A stretch of DNA of 55,328 nucleotides, counting the filler, from Sphacelaria rigidula (lineage: Eukaryota): the NCBI GenBank assembly GCA_964200075.2. It is 5 parts of 5 records of this genome, joined end to end, with 100 filler letters (N's around TTAATTAATTAA, not from the genome) between each part and the next. Parts side by side here need not be neighbours in the genome. Positions count along the whole stretch, not along the records: positions 33,259 to 44,243 come from CAXNAA020005573.1; positions 44,344 to 55,328 come from CAXNAA020005574.1; 3 more parts are not named here. One strand, 5' to 3'. The translations under genes were made by a program, and so were the position numbers. This document shows positions 34,700 through 45,757 of the stretch, one piece after another. Positions within the stretch are counted from its first letter, which is position 1. The number at the start of each line of letters is the position of its first letter. The notes beneath the pieces are model-generated. The model saw only the letters and a list, made by a program, of their open reading frames with translations, ran no database searches and was not told the origin of the DNA.

Positions 34700-35730
34700 T
34701 TCTTTCTGGTTTCGACTCCGGATGTGAGCGCTTTGCTAATCCTTTGTCAAAGTCTGGTGCCGGCGCTATTTCTCGCGCGTGGTATTTCTTCAAATGAGCG
34801 AGATGTACTGGCGTTTCTCTAGAGTCGTCGCCTATTTCGATTATGTACACAACCGGCGATCGTCTCTCGGTTACCATGAAAGGTCCTCTCCATGTAGATT
34901 GGAGTTTTGGGCTCGGCCTTCCTGAGTCCTGTAATGGTGGATACAAGAGTACCTTTTGGTCGGGTTTTGAACACCGTGAAAGATTTGAATTTATTCTTGT
35001 TTTCTTGCTCGTTCTCTCTTCTCGTGGGGCTTATATCCCGATTTCAAATCCAAACTGTAGTTTTTCCCGTTTTTCTTTGGAAAATTCTTCGGATGTTGCC
35101 GCTTGGCTCTCTTCCGGTATGCCTAGAATCATGTCAATTGGCAAACTGGGCTTTCTTCCGAACAATTAAAAATATGGTATCTCCTGTACTGTACTGTGAT
35201 AGGATGTATTGTACACCATTTGGATGAACGGAGATATGGGTGCCCAATTTTTGTTTCCAATTGATCTAAGCCTAGCTAACGTCGCGTGCATAGTGAAGTG
35301 GATCCGTTCCGACACTGAGTTACTATGCGGGTGTAAAAGTTCCATGCGAGGTTTATCGAAACCTAGCCCCTGTTGCCCTGCATGCGTTAGCTTGTTTCCG
35401 ATTTCGGTTCTTCAATTCGAACGAAGCTTTCCCGGGATGCCAAATGCAGTAAGGACTTTGTCAATTATCGTTTTGGCTATATTGATGTGGTCTGTTTTTT
35501 CGGCACCGGAGTGAGCAAAGCATACCTTGTGAGGTGGTCCAATACGGACAACACATATTTAGTATTCCAGCTGTTGACATCGAAGTTGTTTTTCAATCAA
35601 CTGGGTTTGCCGGCGCTCTTTCGCATAGCCGTCCTACCGACACGCGTCCCATCGGCAAGTTTTTGGCCGGTTGTGGACCGTTTTCCCGGCGTTGGCAACC
35701 CTGACATAGCGTGCGCATGTCCGGAATAAC
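34700..35730 (-). pseudogene. Retrotransposon integrase remnant with GPY/F module
   Basis: KYVLSVLDHLTRYALLT (~35560-35510), FGIPGKLRS, HPHSNSVSER, LFGRKPSLPID and SPKLQSTWRGPFMVTERRSPVVY..VHLAHLKKY. Contains stops and frameshifts. Confidence 0.9.
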
Positions 35731-36149
35731 ATGAAGTTTCTCCGTTCTTGTTTCTCATCATTATCATGGAGTTTTCCTGTGGTTTACATGTGGACTCGGC
35801 CGGTTGGCGGTTTGTACCATTCCGTTTCATTCGTCGACTACGTGCCTGCTGTTCTTAAAGCAATGATGCGCGTGAGTGCTTCAGGTACATCAGGCTTCTT
35901 CCTCGGTTACTACGCGCGGCTTCACGACAGCTGCTGTTGTTGTTCACGGTGTATTTCCCGTTCCAACTAGTAATGTCATTTCACTTTGTAGTGGCACACT
36001 GCATTTGTTGTAAGGAACTTGAACAGGGTTAGAACCTTTCACACCGACTATAAAACAGTATGTTGTTTTGGTGTGTTGTATTCTGTGAGCCCTGTTGTTT
36101 TCGATGCGATACTTTGACTTTTATACTGGAATAACGAAATGTTCGTTCT

Positions 36150-36470
36150 TCCGTCTGCCAGTCGAGTATAGAGTATGGCTTCGAAAGCACTCACCATGGA
36201 GTTGTCTAGTAGTCGACAACCCGGTCCCAGATGAGGTAATATAAACGCTTCTGTTGGCAGGGTTTTTATCCCCAACGTAAGCTCGAAATGAATGAACCCC
36301 AGGATGTTTTTATGGGGGAACCGCGTCCGCGCTTCTGAGATGGATGGGTCCTGGTGGTACTGGTTTTATATCATCAGCTGCAATGATGGCCTGATGTTCA
36401 TCCATGAACTCTTGCTGATACACGGTACATCTGCTGCGGAATCGATTGTGATTTCTTTTTCAGCAAGGGT
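36150..36470 (-). pseudogene. Retrotransposon aspartic protease remnant
   Basis: EITIDSAADVPCIS (DSG-like motif, ~36455-36415) and FELTLGIKTLPTEAFILPHLGP..LLDNS. Confidence 0.6.
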
Positions 36471-37643
36471 ACCGTTTACTCTGGCTGCGACGCTAACGCG
36501 GGCTGATGTACAGGATAGCGCTAGGGCGCATCTGTATACCTGGCGGGTGATGATGCGTTGTTATGAGTCATAACCGTGGTTGTCCAAGATCGGGTTGCGA
36601 AGGGGAGACTGGTGTTTCGATTTGGAGCCAACAGCCCCTGCTTATAACATCGTTATTTTTCTGGCTGCCGGTTGAAGATTTGTCCGCGCGGAACGTAACG
36701 TTACCGATTCATTGGGGTACGGCGGAGAATGTAACATGATGAGAGCCTCCACAAGCTGAGCTTCAATTTCGGCGATGATAGTCCTTTGTGTTGTGTATCA
36801 ATTTTTTCACGGCTGCTCTGACGGCTGCTTAGGAATCCACTCTCATCGTGCTCTTTCCAGCTTTTGCTCCTAGTATATACCTTCACACCACAACTGAGGG
36901 CTGTTTTGGAGCCCTTCTGGAGGAGTGAGTTATTGTACTGACCGAGAAACCCGCATTCCTCCGATATGTTTTCTTCACCAGACGGTTGAGACTTCCTACA
37001 TTTCATGCGTGGTGAGGTGTGGGACCTTGAACGGTCTGTACTTTTCACTTCTCTTTCAGCCTGTGGGCGGGGATGCTGTAAGATCATCCGATACACCTCT
37101 TTGTTTCGCTCGCTACATGGTAGGGAGTGACAAGGTCGTGCTTTCGCAGGTTGGGTAACTTATTTGTCAGTGCTATTTCGAGTCACCGGGTTTCCCGACG
37201 TCGGCCTGCTTGATTAATTGCCGTGCCTCTCGCGCGATGGTGGTGCAAGGCTGGTCAATAGGTGTGGTTTTGCTATTCAAAATTAGCAATTTGGTGACAT
37301 ATAATGCACTCTGACGAGATTAATTTCGCGTTTTTACTGTTTGACTAGCCATACAGGTGACATATACTGCACTCTGAGGGGTCTAGGTTCGTGTTTCGCT
37401 CTTTGATTAGTCATGCGGGTGACATATAAATGCACCTTGAAGGGGCTAATTTCGCGGTGACCAAACCACATGACTCCAACAACCTCTCAACTCGAATCAT
37501 TAAGCACATGACCCATACGTTTCACCTGGAGTAGCGTTCTTTCGGGGACCCTAGTATTTCCGGTGTCGGGGAGCAGTCGGTTCCCGTTATAATTTTTTAC
37601 TTCTAAGGCCTGTCTTGCTTGAGTTCTTTTTTGGTGTCGCCAG

Positions 37644-37991
37644 TGTGAGGAAGGCGTATCACTAGAGTGGTCAGAGACCTACGGGGAGACAGCCGTCTTG
37701 ATGCCGAAGGAACTCCGAGGCTGGCGATGATTTCCTCTTGTATATGTAGGCAAGAAGTGGGGTCAGACGAGAAGTGGTCGCCAGTGCGACCAGGGCCTCG
37801 GGGGATGTTGGACCGTTCTATTTTCGGCTCTTCCTGACATCACCCCGAGTTGTCTAGTTACGTCGGCATTACAGGGTCCTCAGTGATCTGGTCCTTCCTG
37901 AACGTTCCTAACTTGTCCCTGCTTGCGCTGGGTCTGCATACATGTGTGGCATCAATCTCTGATATGTCACTGCAAGTAGGTATTCCCTACA
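37644..37991 (-). repeat. 5' LTR (348 bp)
   Basis: TGT...ACA termini, adjacent PBS-like sequence, and a ~100-bp match to 33259-33359. Confidence 0.82.
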
Positions 37992-38841
37992 CACACACAC
38001 AACGGGAGTAAGGGTTAGTCCCACGCTTGGGGTTGTTTTGCCAGTAGCGCCCATCCCAGGGGCTTCATCAAGTCTGAACCAGCTATCACGCCTTGTGTGG
38101 TCACTTCCGCCGTGGCTGTGTTGAGAACTGGTTTCGCGGTGGGGCTGTGGAAGGATACTACTGTAGTGCAACGCGCTTGCAAAATCTGAGCCGTTTTTTT
38201 TATTTGGAACCCGCATCAGCGGTAGTTTGAATGTCCCTCCTGTCCGTCCCAAACGGGGTCTGAACTAGCGACGGAAAGTGCTGGCACCCCCCCTTCCGAT
38301 AGGATTTGTGACAATTGCGGGGGTATATAGGAAGCATCGCTCGGAATGAAACATGTAGAATAGTATTCAGGGGTATCGTAGTACATATTGCCCTGTTCGA
38401 AACCGAAATTCCCTTGCGTGAACGCTTTACTCCTGTTACAATGAACGACTGCTTTCCAAGAAAACCATCCGTTATTTCAGGACTTCCCCTAGCGTCTAAT
38501 CCCAATCCTGAGGTTGTCACAAATCCTATCTGAGGGGGAGGGTGCCAGCACTTTCCGTCGCTAGTTCAGACCCCGTTTGGGACGGACAGGAGGGACATTC
38601 AAACTACAGCTGATGCGGGTTCCAAATAAAAAAAACGGCTCAGATTTTGCAAGCGCGTTGCACTACAGTAGTATCCTTCCACAGCCCCACCGCGAAACCA
38701 GTACTCAACACAGCCACGGCGGAAGTGGCCACACAAGGCGTGATAGCTGGTTCTGATTGGATGAAGTTCCTGGCATGGGCGCTACTGGCGAAACAACCCC
38801 AAGCGTGGGACTAACCCTTACTCCCGTTGTGTGTGTGTGTG
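37992..38841. mobile_element. Non-autonomous element with ~325-bp TIRs tipped by (CA)n/(TG)n
   Basis: 37992-38314 is a highly similar reverse complement of 38514-38841, with a ~200-bp spacer and no ORF. Confidence 0.88.
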
Positions 38842-39341
38842 CAGCTTCATTGTAGGTCATCCATTATATCCAACTGACGACTGGACTGTAGTGATGCTGT
38901 ACTCTGGTGTGCTGGTATATCTCAGCAGACTGCTGAATGATGCTGCGTTTCAAAGATAGCTGGTGTCTGTCGCCGCATTGGATCGTTTTGCTGACGGCGG
39001 TCGTCGCCGGCGCAACAGTATGAAGTCTCTCTCAGATACTCATAACGAAGCGCTCGAAAACTCGACGACTAGTCCAAAGAAGTATGTTTTCAGCATGCTT
39101 TGATACGTGTTCCGTAGCGCTTAGACGCAGGTCCTGCTCAAAAGATGCCGCACAATGACGGTGCTTTTTTTTCTGTTGGACTGCTCATCATGCTTGCGCT
39201 GCCGTACAGAAACTTCTGGGTCAGGGTTACATGGTCGAAACCGCTTGCGAACCTCGAGCCTACTGGACGAAACAAATGAAATTTCGATGGCGATTTCAAC
39301 CTCATCCAAATGTTGGACCTCGAAAACGAATCCAGGCTGTC

Positions 39342-39517
39342 ATCAGTTCTTCGATTCTCTGGGCGCTGACTTTTTCTTTGTTACCTTTCTGCTCAGATCG
39401 GGAGACTTACGCATCTCCCTCGATTTGGGCCCCAGATTTGGGAGAGATGCGGGAGTCTCCCGACTGAGCAGAAAGGAGATGAATAAACTTCAGCGTTCAG
39501 AGAATCGGGGAATTGAT
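39342..39517. repeat. Imperfect palindrome / hairpin (~175 bp)
   Basis: CCTTTCTGCTCAGATCGGGAGAC..CGCATCTC pairs with GAGATGCG..AGTCTCCCGACTGAGCAGAAAGG. The outer arms CGATTCTCTG..CGCTGA and TCAGCG..CAGAGAATCG also pair. Confidence 0.8.
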
Positions 39518-39734
39518 CTGGTTTCCTCAGAACTATGCGAAAAGCATTGTCCACCGGACTTGGGTCCAAAAAACCAATCCACGGGTGGAAATCGGATTTA
39601 CACGGGCTGAAATCCTCACAATTGTACAAATACGGACTGGTCGCCTTACAAAACGATTAAATACCGGGAGTTATCTCCCAACATAATATCATTCACCTGA
39701 CTTTGGTGCCTTGGACACCCCGGCAGCGAGGGGA

Positions 39735-40630
39735 GGGGCGTACTCATTTGCTGCTCGCCTTAGTCGTTTGACCATTGACCACGCATCCCTGTCGAGACGG
39801 AGCACCGTTCCCACTCCTAATAGAGACACCCCCAACAATCCGATGCTCATTACCTTTCTTCCATACATTACACAAGAACCGTTCACATATATTATCCCCG
39901 TCCTCTTTCGTCGTCTGTGGCCATCATCTCTATCTCGTAGTATAACAATCGTTTTCTCGCTACTGTCTGATGCATCAAAAAATTTCATTCCACCTTCGTT
40001 CACGTCCCGCATTTCCCCCTCTAGCATGTCCCGTTTCTTCTTGTATAGTTCATATTCTGGCAATATATGAGTTCTGCTCTCTATTGCTCCGCCACAGGGG
40101 CAATTCTGTGCATCTACGCTATTCTCCTTTCGACGACTGATAAATATGGTTCTGCTTTCTGGCAGATTTAGATCCCCCACCCGAAATCTCAGTTCCCACT
40201 TTTCGCCGGGTCCATTGGGCCATGCATATATGTTTCCATCCCTATGCCCTCTCTCAACCCCCTGTATATCTTGAGGTGTTCTCCCTGGTCTATTTTGCGT
40301 CTGAGCGCTCCTTTCCCCCTTATTTTTACCATGTCTCTTACTTTTGTCTTGTACCCCGAGCGTTCACCTATGTACAGTATTTCGTATTGATTTTCGCTTT
40401 TTTCCTTCCATACTTCCTCGACTTCTTCATCTCACCTCATTCCAGCCTTCCCTTTCGTAATTTTCTCCCATGCAGCCTTATCAACCAAAGCTGGCAATAT
40501 CTTTCTCTGCATGTTCTTCAAGCTATATTTTCATCGCATTTGTCTCATATCTCTGCTAGTTTAAAGTGAGTACATTCCCAACTCTGCTCTCAATGCTGTA
40601 TTACTGTTACGGTGGATATCGGCTGTATAT
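39735..40630 (-). mobile_element. 5'-truncated LINE-like retrotransposon (ORF2 C-terminus)
   Basis: Encodes YMHGPMD..FRVGDLNLPE...CPCGGAIESRTHILPE (a Cys/His motif of the kind found at LINE ORF2 C-termini). It ends GAGTACGCCCC. Multi-copy in this window with shared 3' ends and variable 5' ends. Confidence 0.78.
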
Positions 40631-43600
40631 GTAGTATGCGTTTCGAAGTGCGCGTGGCATGTGCATTAGGTTTTATTCCATTCGCATATTGGTGTTGTGT
40701 TCCAATTTGGCATGCTCCACTCGGGCCCTGGCCCCTCACAACTTTCAGCTACCTAGCAACAATCATTTAGCTACCTATCAGCACCAAATTACAAAATCTA
40801 TCAGCCACCGCTTGGGGACATATAGCTTGCAAGCAAGTCAAGAACACTTCTCTGCACGTGAAAGTGAGTCTATGGTTTGCCTTATGATGCAGTGCCGGTT
40901 CGGATTCAATGGCCTAGAAGCCGCGAGTTGGAGTGTTTCTCGATTCTACTGCAACCGTCCTCTCAGTCGGCTGACTGCATATGGCAACCCCCGACTGTAC
41001 TTGTTCCTCGAGAGTAATGTCTGTATTGTCTCGTGGCCAGCCCACGACATGGTGACCAACCGAGAAGGATAAGCAGTATTGCACAGTCGCATCGCTGTAG
41101 GGCTGCACTGTTTCGCGTATTGTCTGCGTACTGGGTAGCGCAACAATTTTGCCTTCTGTTCGGCTTGAGGCAGCTGGACAACCGATTGCGTGGATGGTTT
41201 TGGTCCACAACAAATTTTGCACCCCTGTTGTTTTCTCGAAGTAATCACCAGGCTGGACAGGACAGAGAACACGCAGCTGTCTCGTGCTCGATACTTCCCT
41301 TGCCAAAGCGGCACTGTAAGTACATCCTGTCGTGCACCCTTTTACACGGCCCTGCGCGTTCACCGCGTGGTATCCCGCACACATCACCGCTACAATAGAA
41401 CGCTGCAGGCAGCATGCGTCTATCCGTACCCGAGCTAGCACGGGAAAAATGTGAAATTTGAAAATTAGTGTTCTTGCATCTCACTATAGTCCAGCGCACA
41501 TTCACCCATAGCAGGTCCGGATGTTACAACGTGCATTTGTGCACAAAGTGCTTAGTAGGCAGGAGGTAAGTGCTATTGATCCACTATTAGAGAGTAAACT
41601 ATCCCGAGACGGAAACTGGCGAACACCCGTGAGCAGAATACACATAGCCAGCAGTGGGGGGTAAAGTCCACCTGGAGGTAGGTATTTAGAAGCTGTTGAC
41701 TGCCTATGAAAAGTCAGGCATTGCGAGACCGTCCTCCGCGTGCAACGTTCGGCGTTGAGATGTGTCTTATGTTTCGCACTCCTGTTGGATCTGGTGTCAG
41801 ATACGTTACAGACCTTGCACAAGTCCAAATTTGAGGTTGCAGGCACCCCAGTGGCCACCCGTGTTCCAACGAACTCTGAGCGCACGCACAGGACTGCTCG
41901 AGCAACTGTTTTGATCATTCTTTGTGTGCCCGAATGAATTACGAACCGATCACAGAAATTCTGTGCCGGAGTCACCTTGGGAGCGAAACATGTTCAACGC
42001 CCAGCAATGACTAAAAACCCTAGTATGAACTGATTGATGTGCGGCATTGTGAATAGTCACTTGCGGGGGTCAAGTCGTTTGGATTCGCTTCCGCTCCTCG
42101 TCACATCATGTCGCCACTACACTGGTATCTTCCCATCGGCCTACAATTCGACACACCACATCTACTCGACAAGCGGTATCGTCACTTCACTTGATGGGGA
42201 AACCTATCGTTACTTCACGTCATGGGGCAACCTATCGTCACTTCACTTCATGGGTCAAACAACTTTTCGCCATGACACTACGAGGGCATCGTGGCTTCTC
42301 CATATCGGCAAACTTGGAGCAACGAGTGCCGTTGCTCGGCAGCAGTATACATACCGATTGTACAAGATACTCTATGCAGGGCTCACGCCTTGATCATTTT
42401 GTTCTTCCCACCCTTCAACTACTGTAGCGTTCCGCTCCGTTTGATTTCTCCCTTCGCAGTGACCTATATTTTCATTTTATTTTATTTTATTTTTTATCTA
42501 CTTCTTACGTCTTTTTTATTTTTGGGGTTTGGGAATTTTTTTATTTATTCACTTTGTTTTGCACAACGACCCTTATTTAATTATTTGTTGGGATGTTTGA
42601 TTCGTTACGCCATGTTATGTTTTCCCGGTTTTCCCCCCACTTTCTCTTGCTTGCAGTTCATCCTTACTATTTTTGCTTTTCCGCTACTACACTGTTGCGC
42701 CGATGTAATCTATCCCTTAGTTCCTCGGTTTGCTACAGCACTTCTAGAGCAGCACCTTCAACACTGCACATGAACATCAGATGAACCGACACGAAAACCA
42801 CGCCCCTCCCACCTACACCTGCTGCTTTTGCTGCTCGATTTTGCTTGTCCCGAACGCACCTGCGCAATGTCGGGACCCATTCCTGATCGTTGTTACCGCA
42901 TCATCACACGATGTCAGGATCTGGGGCTTCTCTCCTTGTTTATTTTTTCTGTTCCTGTTTTCCTCTTCCGCTTCTGTCTTCTGTTTCTTTTTAATGTTAT
43001 CATTAGTCGCCTCTGCCGCTACTATATTGTTCGTATTTGCGGCCTTTTTTTATACGCTCTCTTCTTCCGCTTAGCCTCCTTAATATATTTATTTTCTGAT
43101 GGTGATCACTCTCCTACTCCGCTACTATTTTAATTTTTTTGACTTTCTCTACTCTTTTTTCCCCTTCTCCCGCTGGTATTTTTCTTGCTGATAATTGTTT
43201 TCCTCTTTCGCTATTACACCGGTTTATACTAGTGATCCATTCCCCTCATCATCTATCTGCATGTAGCAGCCGTAGCCCATGATGCACTATTTTCGTCAAT
43301 TTCTTCTTCACTGACTCACATATTGGTATTGTTTCCTTCTGTTACTCTGTCTGCCGTATGCTACCCCCCTTGATTTTTCGCCGTTTTTGTCTTCTCGCTT
43401 TCCACATTTTGTAGTTATATTCTCTCTACTTCGCGTGGTAATTTCACTTTGCAGTCATTTTTGCTGTTTTAATTGCTACTTTCATGCTGCAAGCGTACAG
43501 CCCCCGTCCATCCATGGTGTTATTTTGGCGAATATTTTGCGAGCGCAATTGCCTGATGCACGAAAGTACACTCCAGGTATATCTGTCTTGAGAAACCTGC

Positions 43601-43949
43601 GACGTCAAACTTCAGGGACGACCGCTAAGCGCGACAAAAGCCAACTCGGGGTGACGGGTGAGATCGGGCATCGACAGCGGCTCTACCAATTGCAGCCAAT
43701 GGAGGTTTGCTAGACATCGGAGAAGGTGGTGTGACTATGTATCGGTAAGTTTGTAGCGTAAGGTTAAGAGGTGAGACGACACTCTAAACCTTTGCGCGGC
43801 AGGCGTTTCTCCACTACCATCCCTGATCAGAGTAAGGTTCCCCCGGTGCACGTAGTTGGATCCGTAATCGTACCGCGCCCTCTGACCCCCCTACTCACGG
43901 GTCCGTAACATACTCGTGAGAGTAGCGGAAGGTCGCCCCAAACACATCC

Positions 43950-44185
43950 AGAGTAGATTCCCGTCAAACCTCCCTTCCCGGGCAGCACGTTCCAACAGTG
44001 TCGCTCGACCTAACCGCCTCCAAGATACGCCTATCAGACAAATATGAAATATGTGGGCGAATCGGAGAAACGGGAGCTGGTGGACGTCCTGCTGGGCTTT
44101 CTCGACACCGGACTGTTCTCCACGGACCCGAAGCAGTTTCTGGTCACCTTCAACGGTGAGCTAGAACTACCCTTGGTTACGAGTA
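43950..44185 (+). pseudogene. Possible Gypsy pol fragment (protease-RT linker)
   Basis: NMKYVGESEKRELVDVLLGFLDTGLFSTDPKQFLVTFNGELELPL resembles the segment preceding RT. Recognised by eye only. Confidence 0.35.
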
Positions 44186-44243
44186 CTGAGTGATGCTACG
44201 GTAGAGGTACATAAATAATTTCTGAGGTTAGAATTGTTAGGAG

Positions 44244-44343
44244 NNNNNNNNNNNNNNNNNNNNNNNNNNNNNNNNNNNNNNNNNNNNTTAATTAATTAAN
44301 NNNNNNNNNNNNNNNNNNNNNNNNNNNNNNNNNNNNNNNNNNN
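44244..44343. other. Artificial contig linker
   Basis: 100-bp N/TTAATTAATTAA/N. Confidence 0.97.
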
Positions 44344-44611
44344 CTGCACGAAACTAGAAATAGCGAAGTGTATGGATAAAAGGTTCCTTCCTGTCCTCTG
44401 GGGACAAAAAAAAAAACCTACTCCGTTCCACGTCCTCCACCGAAGTTTGGGAGGAGCGTAGGACAATTGATTGATTGATGGATTGATTGATTATCTCACA
44501 TTAGCTGATTGCAATAATCCAGCCCGTGGTTAGGAGCAGCAAAGATGGAACAGAATAGTAAAAGAAAGAAAGAAAGAAAGGAACAGAAAACGACAGAAGC
44601 AACGGCCTCAT

Positions 44612-45757
44612 GTCTATAGGTGAAAGCGCGGGGTACAAGGCAAAATTATGAGACATGATAGGAATCAGGGAAAAGGAGCTCAGACGCGAAGTAGAAAAAG
44701 AACACATGAAGATATACAGGGGGTTGCGAGAGGGGATAGGGATGGGAAAACATCTTCATGGCCCAATGGACGCGGCGAGAAATCGGAAACTACGATTTCG
44801 TGTTGGGGATCTAGACCTGCCAGGAAGAAGACAAGTATTTACCAGTAGTCGAGAGGAGGAGAAGAAGATGCACAGCATTGCTCTTGTAGCAAATCAACAG
44901 AGGACACGGGATTTTACAACTTGGGGATGGATTTTTCATCGGGGATGAAAACCCGGAAAATGAAAATCTTCGCATCCACACCAAATCTTCGAGGTATGGT
45001 TGCATTTTTCACTTGCTGATTGTCATTGTCAACTGCTACACGCCATACAAATTTGGATTTCGAAAACCGAAATGGCGGGGTCCTAGATGAAATACCACTT
45101 TTGGCGTCCGATCGGATCACTTGAATCCCCCAAAACTGTTTTTGCACCTAGAACCCCGACATTTCAATTATCGAAATCCAAGTTTGTATGGCATGTAGCA
45201 GTTGTCAATAGTTACCAGCAAGTGAAGAAATGGAACTATGTTTCGAAAATTTGGTGTGGATTCAAAGCTTTCAATTCTCCGGGTTCTCATTCCCAACAAC
45301 AAATCAATCCCCAGTTTGTACAATCGCGTGTGAGAGAGCAAGACTCATAAAGTGGCAGAATGTAAGCTACACAACGAGGAACGGGACGTGCTAGAGGGGG
45401 AAATGCGAGACTTCAACGAAGGTGACATGAAATCGTTTGATGCATTAGACAGTAGGGACAAAACGATGGCTGCATTAGGAGATAGATGGTGGCCACAGAC
45501 AGCGAAACAGGACAAGGACAAGATATGTAAAATGTTTTTGTGTAACGTATAGAAGGACAGTAACGAGGACCTTAATGTTCGAGGTATCTCTATCGGGAGT
45601 AGAACCGGTGCTTCGTCTGGAAAGGGATGCGTGGTCAATGATCAGACGACTAAGGCGAGGAATGAATGAGTATGCCCCCCCCTCCCCTCCCCGTCTCGAA
45701 AGGGATGCGTGGTAAATGGTCGAACGACTAAGGCAACCAACAAATGAGTACGCCCCC
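44612..45757 (+). mobile_element. 5'-truncated LINE-like copy interrupted by a foldback element; last ~65 bp tandemly duplicated (45690-45757)
   Basis: KIYRGLREGIGM..HLHGPMD..FRVGDLDLP, then after the insertion AECKLHNEERDVLEGEM..LGDRWWPQTAKQ. Colinear with 39735-40380. Confidence 0.8.
44903..45332. mobile_element. Foldback-type MITE (~430 bp, almost entirely palindromic), probable TSD AGAG
   Basis: Arms of ~200 bp (ACACGGGATTTTACAACTTGGGGATGGATTT versus the reverse complement ACACGCGATTGTACAAACTGGGGATTGATTT). Removing it restores the LINE sequence seen uninterrupted at ~40075-40090. Confidence 0.9.

Larger units (their letters stand above)
33259..37991 (-). mobile_element. Ty3/Gypsy LTR retrotransposon, decayed and internally deleted; 3' LTR cut by the contig edge
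   Basis: 5' LTR 37991-37644 (TGTAGGG...CCTCACA) is followed by PBS-like TGGCGACACCA. The 3' LTR start 33359-33259 matches 37991-37891 and is preceded by PPT AAAGGGGGGGGA. Protease and integrase motifs lie in between. Confidence 0.9.

Noticed and set aside
42291..43450. Hydrophobic 'membrane protein' ORFs (likewise the Lys- or Phe-rich ORFs at 54687-55143)
   Set aside because: They arise from T-rich or A-rich low-complexity strand bias, with no family motifs.
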